A DNA stretch of 64,000 nt from positions 118,851 through 182,850 of the forward strand of contig CBDFNQ010000038.1 of the NCBI GenBank assembly GCA_965250225.1. Direction: 5' to 3'. Source of the stretch: Gammaproteobacteria bacterium (GTDB taxonomy: Bacteria; Pseudomonadota; Gammaproteobacteria; Eutrophobiales; Eutrophobiaceae). The notes under the pieces were generated by a model. It did not search any database. It was given only the letters and a program-made list of their open reading frames with translations, and was not told where the DNA came from. The translations under genes were made by a program, and so were the position numbers. Numbering within the stretch: the stretch's first letter is position 1; the number at the start of each line of letters is the position of its first letter. Below are positions 10,877 to 22,728 of the stretch, piece by piece.

Positions 10877-12403
10877 TTAATTAAGCTTCCCAACAGCGGC
10901 ATGTTGTAATAAATTTTCTATTGTGGAATACATAACATCCATCATTGGTGCTGGCCATAGACCAAAAACTAAAACACATGCAGCCAACACAATTAATATC
11001 GTTTTTTCTCTGGAATTAATATCTTTGAGATGATTCACTTCATCATTATTAACGATTCCAAAAACAACCCGTTTGTACATCCACAATGTGTAAGCAGCAC
11101 CGAGTATTAAGGTCAAAGCCGCAAAAAATGCAATCCAGAAGTTCACCTGAAAACTACTGAGGATAACCAGAAATTCACCCACAAAGCCAGATGTTCCCGG
11201 CAGGCCAGCATTCGCCATTGAGAAAAACAACATCAACGCGGCAAATTTCGGCATGCTATTCACCACGCCGCCATAGGCACTGATATCACGACTGTGTATT
11301 CGATCGTATAACATACCAACACACAAAAACATTGCCGCTGAAATAAATCCGTGTGAGACCATTTGCACCATAGCACCCTGCATTGCAAGTACAGCTGGAT
11401 CAAAACTGTATTGATCGGATAATAATGCAAAGACGATAAAGATACCCAGGGTCACAAAACCCATATGTGAAATCGATGAATAAGCAATGAGTTTTTTCAT
11501 ATCCGTTTGCACAAGTGCAACAAAACCGATGTAGACAATCGCTATCAAGGACAGGACAATCAGAATATCAGCAAAGGCCATACTGGCATCCGGTGTGATT
11601 GGTACATTAAAACGCAAAAAGCCATAGCCACCGAGTTTTAACATTACAGCTGCAAGCACAACGGAACCCGCTGTTGGGGCCTCCACATGCGCATCTGGCA
11701 ACCAGGTATGCACCGGCCACATGGGTATTTTCACAGCAAAGGCTAAAAAGAAGGCGACAAAAATATATTGCTGTTCAATCAAAGACAAAGGCAAATCATG
11801 CAACTCAAGAATACTGAATGTATTACCCACTGAATAAAGATAAACAAATGCCACCAGCATGAATACTGAACCCATGAAGGTATACAAAAAGAATTTAATC
11901 GTTGCATAGACTCTATTCGGCCCACCCCAGATGCCAATGATTAAAAACATCGGGATTAACAATGCTTCCCAGTAGACGTAAAAAAGGATCAAATCGAGCG
12001 AGGCAAACACACCATTCATACAACCCGCCAATATTAAAAATAACGCCATAAATTGCGCAGCATTTTTTTCGACGACGTCCCAGGCAGACCATAAAGCCAA
12101 AATCGTAATTAGATTATTCAGCAGGACCATTAATAAGGAAATACCATCAATACCCAAGTGGTAATTAATATTAAAGGCACTGATCCAGGGTGATAATTCG
12201 GTAAATTGCATCTGATGACTTGTCGCATCAAACAACATGTACATATGAATAGATAACGCGAAGACAAACAGACTTAGGATCAAGGCTAAATATTTAGCTG
12301 TTGATACCTGTCGTTTACCCGCATAAAAAACCCAAACACCTCCGAGTATTGGCGTCCAGATCAGTAAACTGAGAAAAGGAATATTGATCGCTGGAGTTAT
12401 CAT
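10877..12403 (-). CDS. nuoM: NADH-quinone oxidoreductase subunit M
   Basis: 508-aa antiporter-like subunit, operon position. Confidence 0.9.
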   Translation of the reverse strand: MITPAINIPFLSLLIWTPILGGVWVFYAGKRQVSTAKYLALILSLFVFALSIHMYMLFDATSHQMQFTELSPWISAFNINYHLGIDGISLLMVLLNNLITILALWSAWDVVEKNAAQFMALFLILAGCMNGVFASLDLILFYVYWEALLIPMFLIIGIWGGPNRVYATIKFFLYTFMGSVFMLVAFVYLYSVGNTFSILELHDLPLSLIEQQYIFVAFFLAFAVKIPMWPVHTWLPDAHVEAPTAGSVVLAAVMLKLGGYGFLRFNVPITPDASMAFADILIVLSLIAIVYIGFVALVQTDMKKLIAYSSISHMGFVTLGIFIVFALLSDQYSFDPAVLAMQGAMVQMVSHGFISAAMFLCVGMLYDRIHSRDISAYGGVVNSMPKFAALMLFFSMANAGLPGTSGFVGEFLVILSSFQVNFWIAFFAALTLILGAAYTLWMYKRVVFGIVNNDEVNHLKDINSREKTILIVLAACVLVFGLWPAPMMDVMYSTIENLLQHAAVGKLN

Positions 12404-12406
12404 GTC

Positions 12407-14389
12407 TTAAACAAAGATTCTATGTACAAACACAGCCAGTAACACCAGTAAACCAAGGATCATAACAAAGACATAATCGTATAAATATCCTGTTTGCATT
12501 CTGCGGATAATTCCTGAAAACCAACGAACACTCAGAGCCGAACCATTCACCAGTAAACCATCAATTAATCTGGCATCACCAAAAACCCATAAATATTTTC
12601 CAGCACCGCGCGCGCCTTTAGCAAATACAAATTGATACAGATCATCAAAACCGTACTTATTGTCAAGCAAGGTATGTATCCATTTGAAACGCTTCATTAG
12701 AATTGCAGGAAGAGCGGTGTTAATACTGTAGCAATACCAGGCTATGACAAATCCAGTCGTCAATAATGTCAGTATTAACGGTGATTGAAAGCTATGTAAA
12801 ATTAAGGAGAATGGACCATGATATCCTTCGGCAAGGCCTGCCAGAACATTATGCTCTGACATGACATAAATACTTGAACCAAAATAGCCTTCGAACAATA
12901 ATGGCCCAACTGCTATATAACCTAGTATTAATGAAGGAATGGCCAAAGCAATTAATGGAATTAATACAACAGCCGGGGATTCATGCAAATGTTTCCATGC
13001 CTCATTGTCTATTCTTTCCTTCCCATGAAACACCAGAAAGAATAAACGGAAACTGTAGAGTGCTGTGACAACGACACCAATTAATAATGAGTAGTAGGCA
13101 AAATTAGCAGCGGGCAATGTCGAATGATGTACCGCTTCAATGATCATATCTTTGGAAAAGAAACCAGAAGTTCCCGGAAAACCAATCAAGGCCAATGTCC
13201 CAACTAGGCAGGTTATCCAGGTGATTGGCATATAGCGATACAGACCACCCATTTTTCGCATGTCCTGGACATGATGCATACCGATAATCACGGAACCTGC
13301 TGCGAGGAATAACAGGGCTTTAAAAAACGCGTGGGTAAATAGATGAAACATTGAAGCGGCATAGGCTGAAGCACCAAGAGCAACCGTCATGTAGCCAAGC
13401 TGTGACAAAGTCGAATAGGCAATCACACGCTTGATGTCATTTTGAACAATCCCCAGAAAGCCCATAAATAACGCAGTGATCGAACCAATGATCAAAATAA
13501 AATTCAGTGCAAATTCAGATAATTCAAACAAAGGTGACATCCGTGTAACCATGAAGATGCCTGCCGTCACCATGGTTGCAGCATGAATCAGGGCAGAGAT
13601 AGGTGTTGGGCCTTCCATTGAATCCGGTAACCAGACATGCAATGGTATTTGTGCGGATTTCCCCATTGCACCAATGAATAAACAAATACAAATCACTGTC
13701 ATCACCGACCATGATTCACCTTCCATGATGCGTATTGTCGCGTGCTCAAGCAGCGGTGCTTTCTCAAACACCAGCGCATAATCCAAAGTATTAAAATACA
13801 TAAACACAGCAGCAATACCGAGCAAGAAGCCGAAGTCGCCAACTCGATTCACCAGGAATGCCTTTAAATTGGCAAATATAGCCGATTCTTTTTGATGCCA
13901 AAAGCCGATCAATAAATAAGAAACCAGGCCAACGGCTTCCCAACCAAAAAATAATTGAACAAAGTTGTTTGCCATCACCAGCATTAACATGGCAAAAGTA
14001 AATAAGGATATGTAAGAGAAGAAACGATTATAACCAGGATCGTCGTGCATATAACCAATGGTATAAATATGCACCATTAAAGAGACAAAATTCACAACCA
14101 TCATCATGCTGATAGATAGATTATCGAGAAGGAAACCGATCTGGAATGTTACATCATGGCTCTGCATCCAGTGATAGACTGTAACATTCAAACTACCCTG
14201 TTCTGTCAATACAAGCTGTTGAAATAAATAAAAGGACAATAAAGTTGAGATGCTGACACCAAGAATGGTTATCCAGTGTGCAGCTGCGCGACTGATTAAA
14301 CCTCCACCCAGACCAACAATTGTTGCACCAACTAATGGTGCAAGCACAATAATCAATGCAATCGTGGCAAAATCCTGCATCATACTCAT
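12407..14389 (-). CDS. nuoL: NADH-quinone oxidoreductase subunit L
   Basis: 660-aa antiporter-like subunit with C-terminal extension, operon position. Confidence 0.9.
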   Translation of the reverse strand: MSMMQDFATIALIIVLAPLVGATIVGLGGGLISRAAAHWITILGVSISTLLSFYLFQQLVLTEQGSLNVTVYHWMQSHDVTFQIGFLLDNLSISMMMVVNFVSLMVHIYTIGYMHDDPGYNRFFSYISLFTFAMLMLVMANNFVQLFFGWEAVGLVSYLLIGFWHQKESAIFANLKAFLVNRVGDFGFLLGIAAVFMYFNTLDYALVFEKAPLLEHATIRIMEGESWSVMTVICICLFIGAMGKSAQIPLHVWLPDSMEGPTPISALIHAATMVTAGIFMVTRMSPLFELSEFALNFILIIGSITALFMGFLGIVQNDIKRVIAYSTLSQLGYMTVALGASAYAASMFHLFTHAFFKALLFLAAGSVIIGMHHVQDMRKMGGLYRYMPITWITCLVGTLALIGFPGTSGFFSKDMIIEAVHHSTLPAANFAYYSLLIGVVVTALYSFRLFFLVFHGKERIDNEAWKHLHESPAVVLIPLIALAIPSLILGYIAVGPLLFEGYFGSSIYVMSEHNVLAGLAEGYHGPFSLILHSFQSPLILTLLTTGFVIAWYCYSINTALPAILMKRFKWIHTLLDNKYGFDDLYQFVFAKGARGAGKYLWVFGDARLIDGLLVNGSALSVRWFSGIIRRMQTGYLYDYVFVMILGLLVLLAVFVHRIFV

Positions 14390-14691
14390 CCCTTTAGTGC
14401 ATCCATATCTTCAACGTTAATTGTATTATGTTGTCGAAACAGGACAACAAGAATGGCCAGGCCAATAGCCGATTCTGCAGCAGCAACGGTTAAAACAAAA
14501 AACACAAAAACCTGTCCGGTAATGTCAGCGTGAAAATAGGAAAAGGCAATGAAATTTATATTCACTGCTAACAACATTAACTCTATACACATCAATAACA
14601 CGATTAGATTTTTTCGATTGATGAAAATTCCAGCCACACTGATACAAAAAAGAATCGCGCCTAAAATAAGAACTTCAGATAAATTCAGCAT
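14386..14691 (-). CDS. nuoK: NADH-quinone oxidoreductase subunit K
   Basis: 101-aa three-TM protein, 4-nt overlap with nuoL. Confidence 0.9.
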   Translation of the reverse strand: MLNLSEVLILGAILFCISVAGIFINRKNLIVLLMCIELMLLAVNINFIAFSYFHADITGQVFVFFVLTVAAAESAIGLAILVVLFRQHNTINVEDMDALKG

Positions 14692-14693
14692 AA

Positions 14694-15293
14694 CTATTCC
14701 TGTTTTTCTGTTGGCATATTCACCAATCTGACTCTTTCTTTCGGATCAACCGCAACCTGTTGATCCGGATTTTGTTTTTTACTGGCTTTTCGATCGCGAA
14801 ATGTCAAAGAGATCGCCGCAATAATAGCAACCAGCAATATGGCTCCTGCGATCTCAAAGGGATATAAATAATTTGTGTATAGATCAAGTCCTAAAATTTC
14901 AGTGTTACTGAGTTCGGTCTGGGAAAGAAATCGACTCTGATTCAAATCGGAAAAGTATTCATTTTTTAAAACCACTGCCATTGCAACAGACATTAATACA
15001 GCAACTAATATACCTATGGGTAGATAACGAGCAAATCCTTCACTGATCTTTGCTAAATTGATATCTATCATCATTACAACAAAGAGGAATAGGACCATCA
15101 CCGCGCCGACGTAAACCAGAACTAGAGTGATAGCCAAAAATTCTGCCTGTAGTAAAAGCCATATTCCTGAACAAAAGAAAAACGACAACACCAGAAATAA
15201 TGCTGCATACACAGGATTACGTACAACAATCACCATCGATGAAGAAAATATCAGCAGTGCGGAAAATATATAAAAGAGTGTGTGTTCAATCAT
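14694..15293 (-). CDS. nuoJ: NADH-quinone oxidoreductase subunit J
   Basis: 199-aa membrane protein, operon position. Confidence 0.85.
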   Translation of the reverse strand: MIEHTLFYIFSALLIFSSSMVIVVRNPVYAALFLVLSFFFCSGIWLLLQAEFLAITLVLVYVGAVMVLFLFVVMMIDINLAKISEGFARYLPIGILVAVLMSVAMAVVLKNEYFSDLNQSRFLSQTELSNTEILGLDLYTNYLYPFEIAGAILLVAIIAAISLTFRDRKASKKQNPDQQVAVDPKERVRLVNMPTEKQE

Positions 15294-15359
15294 TCGTTAT
15301 TTATATTTCAATATACATGGATTTAATATTTTTATACTTGGCTATTCTCTATTTTTTAA

Positions 15360-15848
15360 TTATCGATACAGTGCTTCGCGTGCTCGATCTTCAGCTATCT
15401 GTTGTTCAGCTCTGTCACCATTTTCCAGTAATTTTTCTTTAGTCATCAATAAATCTCCCCGATTTTCTCCATGGTATTCATAAATCCGTGTTTCCACTAT
15501 CGAATCAACTGGGCAGGATTCTTCACAAAAACCGCAAAAGATGCATTTGGTTAAATCAATGTCATAACGAGTGGTTCTGCGACTACCATCTTCACGCTGC
15601 TCTGATTCAATCGTGATTGCCACTGCAGGACAAACCGCTTCACATAATTTACAGGCGATACAACGTTCTTCGCCATTCGGATATCGTCTTAATGCGTGCA
15701 AGCCACGAAAACGCGAAGACTGCGGTGTTTTTTCCTCTGGATATTGAACAGTTACTTTTGCTTTGAATAAATGTTGTCCTGTTAGTTTAAGTCCTTTTAA
15801 TAATTCCCAAAGAAATAAACTTTTAAAATATTGCTTCATCGCGTTCAT
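15360..15848 (-). CDS. nuoI: NADH-quinone oxidoreductase subunit I (2x[4Fe-4S] ferredoxin)
   Basis: Two CxxCxxCxxxCP motifs ([24 protein letters not shown]). Confidence 0.92.
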   Translation of the reverse strand: MNAMKQYFKSLFLWELLKGLKLTGQHLFKAKVTVQYPEEKTPQSSRFRGLHALRRYPNGEERCIACKLCEAVCPAVAITIESEQREDGSRRTTRYDIDLTKCIFCGFCEESCPVDSIVETRIYEYHGENRGDLLMTKEKLLENGDRAEQQIAEDRAREALYR

Positions 15849-15867
15849 AATTTATTACTCAGGATGC

Positions 15868-16956
15868 TCACGAATTAAACCACGGTGGTAACTGAAACAA
15901 CACCATCAACGCAACGACTACCAACCAGACAATGGTAATGGGAATAAATATCTTCCAGCCTAAACGCATGATTTGATCATAACGATAACGTGGAAAGGTC
16001 GCGCGGAACCAGAGAAAGAAAAACAAGACCATGGATATTTTCAGTAACAACCAAAAAATACTCGGTGCCCCCAGGTAAGGAACAAAATCCGGAAAAGGTG
16101 ATAACCAACCACCAAAAAACATAATTGCTGTCAACGCTGAAACAATGATCATGTTGGCGTATTCGGCCATAAAGAAAACAGAAAAGGCCATGCCACTGTA
16201 CTCAACATGAAAGCCAGCCACAATTTCAGACTCACCTTCTGCCACATCAAAAGGGGCACGATTGGTTTCTGCCACACCCGAAATAAAATAGATCAATAAC
16301 AAAGGTAGCAACGGCAGGAAAAACCAATGCATGAACCAGCCACTCTGTGCACGCACAATATCACCCAGGTTCAAACTGCCAGCGGCGATCAAAACACCAA
16401 CCAGTGCAAAACCCATGGCGATCTCATAAGAGACAATTTGCGCTGCCGAACGTAAAGCCCCCAGAAAGGCATACTTTGAGTTAGAAGCCCAACCTGCAAT
16501 AATAACTCCATAAACCGCCAATGAGGTTAATGCAAGCACATACAATAGTCCGGCATTGATATCTGCCAACACCATATAGCCATTAAACGGAATAGCAGCC
16601 CAGGCTGCCAATGAGGGCGCTAATGATAAAATTGGCGCAATAATAAACAACGTCTTGTTTGCACCACTAGGGATCACAATCTCTTTAAAAATTAATTTAA
16701 CCGCATCTGCAATTGGTTGCCCAAGTCCCCAAAACGATATACCAAAAAATCCAACGCGATTGGGTCCAATGCGTGATTGTATATATCCAATCACTTTACG
16801 TTCAGCATAAGTTAAATAGGCCACACATAACAATAGTGGCATCACTATCAAGAGAATTTTAATGACCGTCTCTATGGTATAGCTGGCATAAAGATGTATG
16901 GATTCGGGAAACAACCATTGTACTGGTTTATCGATGATATCCTGGATTAAATCCAT
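15868..16956 (-). CDS. nuoH: NADH-quinone oxidoreductase subunit H
   Basis: 362-aa polytopic membrane protein, ND1 homolog, operon position. Confidence 0.9.
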   Translation of the reverse strand: MDLIQDIIDKPVQWLFPESIHLYASYTIETVIKILLIVMPLLLCVAYLTYAERKVIGYIQSRIGPNRVGFFGISFWGLGQPIADAVKLIFKEIVIPSGANKTLFIIAPILSLAPSLAAWAAIPFNGYMVLADINAGLLYVLALTSLAVYGVIIAGWASNSKYAFLGALRSAAQIVSYEIAMGFALVGVLIAAGSLNLGDIVRAQSGWFMHWFFLPLLPLLLIYFISGVAETNRAPFDVAEGESEIVAGFHVEYSGMAFSVFFMAEYANMIIVSALTAIMFFGGWLSPFPDFVPYLGAPSIFWLLLKISMVLFFFLWFRATFPRYRYDQIMRLGWKIFIPITIVWLVVVALMVLFQLPPWFNS

Positions 16957-19127
16957 TAATATTTTCCTTCACGTATCTGTAAGGACTCAGCTCTGCGAGA
17001 CATAGGATCAATGTCATAGGAAGACATTAAGGGCATTTCAATCGGCGCAGCTTTAACGTTACTGGTATCGTCGGAAGAAGGCAGCGTTGTAAAATTGTCT
17101 GCAGTGATCGATTTAACGCGCGGTAATAATTCTGCTTGTATTTCTTCAAGTGTGTTTTGCTCAAATCCCTTTAGCTGTAATTGCTCTCCAAGCGCTCTTA
17201 TTATTTTCCAACCCTGTTTAATTTCATCAGAGGCCGTTACCAATTTTTTAAAACTCTGGATAACACCTTCGATATTTACAAAGCTGCCTTCATTTTCGGC
17301 AAAAAGTGCCATTGGTAATAGAACGTCAGAACTATCGAGTAATTGCGAATTTTCATACGCGCTGAATGAGAGAACAAAATCAGATTGTCTCAAGGCACTG
17401 ATAGCAATGTCAGAACTTAATAAATCATTTTCGGGTTCAATATGAAATAAGAGATAACTCTTGAGATTGTTTTCAAACATTTGTCGTGCGTGCATTCCAT
17501 CTACTGATGATACCTCACCTGAAAGTAGTCTATGTGGCACAGCTCCGGCCAACCATGCACCTGAAGCATTTGCACCCTCAGTCAAATAGCCAAATTGAAT
17601 GTCACATTGTCCTGCTAATGCATTAGCTAACAAACAGATTGATGAATACTGTTGATGCGAGGCAGCATGTGAACCTATCAAAACGATACCTTTATCAGCT
17701 TTTAATAACTCTTCAGCAATTGTTTTATGTTGTTGATCAACTTTGACTGATTTTATGAGTTTTTCAATTGGCTTTACTATTGGTGTATCTGTTGTTTCAT
17801 AGATAACCGCAGTAATTGCCGCCAGCTGATCCAGCAACTCGGATGCACTGCAGATGATCTCGTTGTTAATCGTATAATTAAAATCAATCCGTTGATGATC
17901 CAGCAACATCATAGTTGCGCCTTTCAATGCAGCTTTACGCAAGCGATGATTGATCATCGGTTGTTCATAACGAACATGACTGCCAATCAGAAAAACAGCA
18001 TTCATATCTTCCAGTTCTTCGATAGAACAACCGAGAGAGGGGAATATAGGTGCATTGCTATCGCCACGAAAATCTTGTTGTTTCAATCGATGATCAATAT
18101 TGTTTGAACCTAATGCTCGCATCATATTTTGTAATAGATACATTTCTTCGAGAGTGGCAGAGGGAGAAATAAGTGCCCCGATAGCCTCTCCAGCATGATC
18201 CGATTTGATCTTGCTCAAACCCGAAGCTGCAAATGCCAATGCGTCCTCCCAACTGGCTTGTTTCCACTGCCCATTGTCTTTTATCTTTGGGTGTAACAAA
18301 CGATCATCCGAATACAAGGCCTCATAACTGAAACGATCGCGATCCGATATCCAGACTTCATTTATTGCCTGATTTTCTGCTGGAACAACACGTTTGATTT
18401 CATTTTCTTTAAAATGAACTTCAACATTTGAACCAACGCAATCATGTGGCGCGATCCCCCTGCCCTGTTTCATTTCCCATGCACGGGCAGAAAAACGAAA
18501 GGGTTTTGAAGTTAAGGCACCCACCGGACAAACATCAATAATGTTGCCAGATAATTCAGATGACATGCTTTTTTCTATATAGGTGCCAATCTGCATATGT
18601 TCACCACGGCCAGTCGCACCCAGTTCCCTTAAACCTGCAATCTCTTCACCAAAACGAATACAACGTGTGCAATGAATACAACGAGTCATTTCTGTTTGTA
18701 CCAATGAGCCAATGTTTTTATCTTTTACAACACGTTTACTTTCCTGATATCGAGACACATCCCGCCCATAACCCATGGCCAGATCCTGTAACTCACACTC
18801 ACCACCCTGATCACAGATAGGACAATCGAGCGGGTGATTGATCAATAAAAATTCCATGACACCTTTTTGTGATTCAAGTGCGCTCGCTGATTGGGTTTTT
18901 ACCACCATTCCTTCGTTCACTGGCGTTGCACAGGCAGGCAAAGGCTTTGGTGCCTTTTCAACCTCGACCAGACACATGCGGCAATTAGCAGCCACGGATA
19001 ATTTCGGGTGATAACAAAAACGCGGGATATAGATATCATTCGCATCCGTCACCTCGATCAACATCTGCCCTCGTTGTGCCTCAAGGGTCTTGCCATCTAC
19101 TTCGATTGTTATCTTATCCTCTGACAT
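16956..19127 (-). CDS. nuoG: NADH-quinone oxidoreductase subunit G (75 kDa Fe-S subunit)
   Basis: N-terminal 2Fe-2S and 4Fe-4S cysteine clusters ([18 protein letters not shown]..., [20 protein letters not shown]), molybdopterin-oxidoreductase-like C-terminus. 723 aa. Confidence 0.92.
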   Translation of the reverse strand: MSEDKITIEVDGKTLEAQRGQMLIEVTDANDIYIPRFCYHPKLSVAANCRMCLVEVEKAPKPLPACATPVNEGMVVKTQSASALESQKGVMEFLLINHPLDCPICDQGGECELQDLAMGYGRDVSRYQESKRVVKDKNIGSLVQTEMTRCIHCTRCIRFGEEIAGLRELGATGRGEHMQIGTYIEKSMSSELSGNIIDVCPVGALTSKPFRFSARAWEMKQGRGIAPHDCVGSNVEVHFKENEIKRVVPAENQAINEVWISDRDRFSYEALYSDDRLLHPKIKDNGQWKQASWEDALAFAASGLSKIKSDHAGEAIGALISPSATLEEMYLLQNMMRALGSNNIDHRLKQQDFRGDSNAPIFPSLGCSIEELEDMNAVFLIGSHVRYEQPMINHRLRKAALKGATMMLLDHQRIDFNYTINNEIICSASELLDQLAAITAVIYETTDTPIVKPIEKLIKSVKVDQQHKTIAEELLKADKGIVLIGSHAASHQQYSSICLLANALAGQCDIQFGYLTEGANASGAWLAGAVPHRLLSGEVSSVDGMHARQMFENNLKSYLLFHIEPENDLLSSDIAISALRQSDFVLSFSAYENSQLLDSSDVLLPMALFAENEGSFVNIEGVIQSFKKLVTASDEIKQGWKIIRALGEQLQLKGFEQNTLEEIQAELLPRVKSITADNFTTLPSSDDTSNVKAAPIEMPLMSSYDIDPMSRRAESLQIREGKY

Positions 19128-19181
19128 AATTAAATATTTTTATAATCATTTGTCATTTCACTTTTTACTATTCCCTATTGT

Positions 19182-20501
19182 TCACGCCGCTTTATGATCC
19201 TTATTAGCTGAAACCATGCAGCATTTATGTTTTATGTGATATTCAAATTCATCACGAAACTGTTTAATAAAACTTCTCACTGGCCAGGCCGCAGCATCAC
19301 CCAGTGCACAAATCGTATGGCCTTCGATTTTACTGGCAACGTCATCGAGTTTTTCAAGATCTTCCGCCTGACCCTGACCGTGTTCGATCCGACTGACAAC
19401 ACGATATAACCAACCGGTTCCTTCGCGACAAGGTGTGCATTGACCGCAGGACTCGGAATAATAAAAACGTGATATGCGTTCCAGCACTTTTACCATACAG
19501 GTTGTTTCGTCCATTACGATGACAGCACCAGAACCCAACATGGAACCTGCTTTAACTATTGAATCGTAATCCATATTAGTTTCCATCATGTCTTGCCCAT
19601 GTATAACAGGTACTGACGAACCACCAGGAATAACAGCTTTTAATTGATGCCCATCACGAACACCACCTGCTAGTTCTAAAAGGATTTTAAACGGTGTGCC
19701 CAGAGGCACTTCAAAGTTGCCGGGCTTGTTGACATGGCCACTGACTGAAAAACATTTGGTACCACCACTGTTTACCACACCTTGTTCCAAAAACCATTTT
19801 GAGCCGTTAAGCATAATGCTGGGAACAGAAGCATAGCTCTCAGTATTATTGATCGTAGTGGGCCTGCCGTAGAGGCCAAAATTCGCAGGGAATGGTGGCT
19901 TGAAACGAGGCTGGCCTTTTTTGCCTTCCAATGATTCCAGTAAAGCAGTTTCTTCACCACAGATATAAGCGCCAGCGCCCAGAGTTGCATGTAGATCAAC
20001 TGTGACTCCGGAATCCATAATATCTTTGCCTAACAGACCCTGTTCATAAGCCTCTTCCACTGCTTTGTCGAAGCGCTGAAAAGGCTCATCCATGAATTCA
20101 CCGCGGATATAGTTATAACCGGTTTCTGCACCCATGGCATAACAGGCAATGGCCATCCCTTCTACCAGAGCATGTGGATTAAAACGCAGGATATCTCGAT
20201 CCTTACAGGTTCCTGGTTCACTCTCATCGGAATTACACACCACGTATTTTATTCCCGAAGCCGGAGCCATAAAGCTCCACTTCAATCCAGTAGGAAAACC
20301 AGCACCACCACGACCACGTAAACCGGATTCTTTTAAGTCTTCGATCACTTTTTCTGGAGAAATATTTTCTTTGAGTATTTTCTTCCAAGCATCATAGCCA
20401 CCAACTTTATAGTAAGTATCCAGACTCCATGGTTCTGGATAATTCAGAGTGGCGTAACAAATTGTATTCAACCCTTCCATTTCTTTAGTCCAGTTCCTCA
20501 A
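19182..20501 (-). CDS. nuoF: NADH-quinone oxidoreductase subunit F (51 kDa, FMN/NADH-binding)
   Basis: GRGGAGFPTG FMN site. C-terminal 4Fe-4S motif ESCGQCTPCREG. 439 aa. Confidence 0.92.
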   Translation of the reverse strand: MRNWTKEMEGLNTICYATLNYPEPWSLDTYYKVGGYDAWKKILKENISPEKVIEDLKESGLRGRGGAGFPTGLKWSFMAPASGIKYVVCNSDESEPGTCKDRDILRFNPHALVEGMAIACYAMGAETGYNYIRGEFMDEPFQRFDKAVEEAYEQGLLGKDIMDSGVTVDLHATLGAGAYICGEETALLESLEGKKGQPRFKPPFPANFGLYGRPTTINNTESYASVPSIMLNGSKWFLEQGVVNSGGTKCFSVSGHVNKPGNFEVPLGTPFKILLELAGGVRDGHQLKAVIPGGSSVPVIHGQDMMETNMDYDSIVKAGSMLGSGAVIVMDETTCMVKVLERISRFYYSESCGQCTPCREGTGWLYRVVSRIEHGQGQAEDLEKLDDVASKIEGHTICALGDAAAWPVRSFIKQFRDEFEYHIKHKCCMVSANKDHKAA

Positions 20502-20967
20502 TAATTTTAATTGCTGTTTCTGGCGTTAGATTTTCATAATATTTATGATCCACCATCATCATGGGCGCACCACAACAGGCAGCCAGGCATTCTTCTTCTT
20601 TTTTTAAATAACAACGATCATCCTTGCTAGATTCTCCCAGTTTTATCACTAGATGTTGCTCGAGAGCTGAGATAATTTCATCCGACCCATTCAACATGCA
20701 GGAGATATTGGTGCAAACTGCTATGTTGTGTCTGCCTACCGGCGTTGTTTCCAACATAGAATAAAAAGAGGCTACTTCATAAACCGCAATCTTTGCCATA
20801 TCCAGATATTCAGCAACCGCATCCATTAACTCAGTCGTTAGATATCCCTGATTCTCATGTTGCACTTCACGCAAAGCTGCTAGCACAGCAGATTGTTTTT
20901 GATCAGCCGGATACTTTTTTAACCAGCGATCGATTTCTGTCTTTGCATGTTTGCTTAATTCAGCCAT
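20485..20967 (-). CDS. nuoE: NADH-quinone oxidoreductase subunit E (24 kDa, 2Fe-2S)
   Basis: 160 aa thioredoxin-like ferredoxin, cysteines CTNISC...CLAACCGAP. Overlaps nuoF start. Confidence 0.9.
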   Translation of the reverse strand: MAELSKHAKTEIDRWLKKYPADQKQSAVLAALREVQHENQGYLTTELMDAVAEYLDMAKIAVYEVASFYSMLETTPVGRHNIAVCTNISCMLNGSDEIISALEQHLVIKLGESSKDDRCYLKKEEECLAACCGAPMMMVDHKYYENLTPETAIKIIEELD

Positions 20968-21026
20968 GGAAAGCCCACCCTGGAAAAACAGACCGTTTCC
21001 CCGCGTATGAAAAAATCAACGACTGG

Positions 21027-21046
21027 ATTCCCGCGTGCGCGGGAAT
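21027..21046. repeat. RS3-like small palindromic repeat ATTCCC-N8-GGGAAT
   Basis: ATTCCCGCGTGCGCGGGAAT. Related copies at 33790-33807 (TTCCCGCGAAAGCGGGAA) and 36205-36226 (CATTCCGGCGTAGGCCGGAATC), each followed by (G)GAATGAC/GGATGACGG-like sequence. Confidence 0.6.
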
Positions 21047-21064
21047 GACGGGGGCTGTTCTGAA

Positions 21065-21393
21065 TTTAGAACAAGTATTTTCACCCAAGATGTGGCGCAG
21101 TGCTTTTGAACCCAGAATTTTCATACTCAAAATAAATTTCTTTTTTAGCAAGTATTTTCTTTCAAGATGAGGCGTAAGCTTTTTTAAACGCGCAGTGTAT
21201 GTATGAATACATGAGCAGTTTAAAAAAACGAAACAACGAAATATTGAAAGAAAAGTAAATGTAATAATATTAGAACGAGTATTTTCATCCAAGATGCGGC
21301 GCAGTACTTTTTTAGACGCGGAGCATATAGTTAATATGTGAGCATCTAAAAAAGTACTGCAACAAAATATTGGGTGAAAAGAAGACGTTCTAA
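21065..21393. mobile_element. MITE-like non-coding element in the nuoE-nuoD spacer, bounded by ~22-23-bp terminal inverted repeats
   Basis: Left end TTAGAACAAGTATTTTCACCCA (21065-21086). Right end reverse complement TTAGAACGTCTTCTTTTCACCCA (21371-21393), ending exactly at the nuoD stop. Three direct copies of a ~40-bp unit (21069, 21150, 21270: AGAAC/AGCAAGTATTTTC...CAAGATG.GGCG.A...CTTTT). Two homologous long hairpins (CTTTTTTAAAC...GTTTAAAAAAG around 21195-21245, and GCAGTACTTTTTTAGAC...GTCTAAAAAAGTACTGC 21300-21361). Confidence 0.6.
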
Positions 21394-22647
21394 TCATCTG
21401 TCGACCTCGCCAAAGACAATGTCTTGAGTGCCTATTACTGCCACCACATCCGCCAACATATGTCCTTTTACCATTTCATTCATCGCTGATAAATGGGCAA
21501 AGCCGGCTGCACGTATTTTTACTCGATAAGGTTTATTAGCACCATCTGAAATCAAATAAATACCAAACTCACCTTTGGGATGTTCTACCGCAGAATAAAT
21601 TTCGCCTTCTGGAATACAATAACCTTCTGTGAATAATTTGAAATGATGGATCAAAGATTCCATATCATCTTTCATTTCTTCACGTTTGGGTGGTGATAGT
21701 TTGTGATCATCGATCATGACGGAACCGGGATTATTCCTTAACCAATCGATACATTGTTTGACAATGCGATTGGATTGACGCATCTCTTCTATCCTGACCA
21801 GATATCGATCATAGCAATCGCCGTTCACGCCAACAGGGATGTCAAACTTCAGCTTGTCATAGACTTCATAAGCTTGTTTCCTTCTGAGATCCCATTCAAC
21901 GCCGGAACCGCGCAACATTGGCCCGGTAAAACCCAATGCCTTTGCGCGTTCAGGTGTAACAATACCCACATCAACTGTACGTTGTTTCCAGATACGATTA
22001 TCAGTCAACAGTGTTTCATATTGATCAACACAGGATGGAAATCGATCAGTAAAGTCTTGTATGAAATCCAGCAAACTACCTTGTCGATTTTCATTGAGTC
22101 TTTCGACTTGTTCACCATTATGCCAGGGTGATGGTTTGTATTGTGGCATGAAATCGGGTAAATCACGGTACACTCCACCGGGACGATAATACGTTGCGTG
22201 CATGCGGGTGCCTGACACCGCTTCATAACAATCCATTAAGTCTTCACGTTCTCTGAAACAATATAAAAATACTGTCATGGCACCAATATCAAGTCCATGT
22301 GCCCCTAACCACATGAGATGATTTAATATCCGCGTGATCTCATCAAACATGACGCGTATGTATTGCGCACGAATCGGTGGTGTCACGCCCAGGAGTTTTT
22401 CAATCGCCATTACATAGGCATGCTCATTACACATCATCGACACATAATCGAGTCTGTCCATGTAACCAATGCTCTGATTATAAGGTTTGGATTCAGCGAG
22501 TTTTTCGGTACCTCGGTGCAATAGACCAATATGTGGATCAGCTCGCACGATAGTTTCGCCGTCCATCTCAAGGACCAGACGCAACACACCATGTGCCGCA
22601 GGATGCTGCGGGCCGAAGTTCATGGTCATATTTCTTATTTCAGGCAT
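21394..22647 (-). CDS. nuoD: NADH-quinone oxidoreductase subunit D (49 kDa), unfused
   Basis: 417 aa, starts [24 protein letters not shown] (canonical NuoD N-terminus). Separate ORF from nuoC. Confidence 0.92.
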   Translation of the reverse strand: MPEIRNMTMNFGPQHPAAHGVLRLVLEMDGETIVRADPHIGLLHRGTEKLAESKPYNQSIGYMDRLDYVSMMCNEHAYVMAIEKLLGVTPPIRAQYIRVMFDEITRILNHLMWLGAHGLDIGAMTVFLYCFREREDLMDCYEAVSGTRMHATYYRPGGVYRDLPDFMPQYKPSPWHNGEQVERLNENRQGSLLDFIQDFTDRFPSCVDQYETLLTDNRIWKQRTVDVGIVTPERAKALGFTGPMLRGSGVEWDLRRKQAYEVYDKLKFDIPVGVNGDCYDRYLVRIEEMRQSNRIVKQCIDWLRNNPGSVMIDDHKLSPPKREEMKDDMESLIHHFKLFTEGYCIPEGEIYSAVEHPKGEFGIYLISDGANKPYRVKIRAAGFAHLSAMNEMVKGHMLADVVAVIGTQDIVFGEVDR

Positions 22648-22693
22648 TTATCTTGGTTCGCTGTTCGTTACTTTTTTTACTATTCATTTTTTA

Positions 22694-22728
22694 CTATTCC
22701 CTATTCCCTATTCCCTATTCCCTATTCC
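22694..22728. repeat. Heptanucleotide simple sequence repeat (CTATTCC)x5 spanning the nuoC stop codon and nuoC-nuoD spacer
   Basis: Direct reading of ctattccctattccctattccctattccctattcc. The nuoC stop (TAG at 22715-22717) and last codons (QGNRE) lie inside the repeat. Confidence 0.9.

Noticed and set aside
20960-21397. 145-aa ORF filling the nuoE-nuoD spacer exactly
   Set aside because: Its sequence is generated by translating the direct and inverted DNA repeats (internal peptide repeats, PAHAGI from the RS3-like palindrome). It overlaps both the nuoD stop and the nuoE start. Treated as a repeat artefact, though a small protein cannot be fully excluded.
22694-22728. Possible CRISPR array (short direct repeats)
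   Set aside because: Units are 7 bp with no spacers, i.e. a microsatellite. No cas genes in the window.
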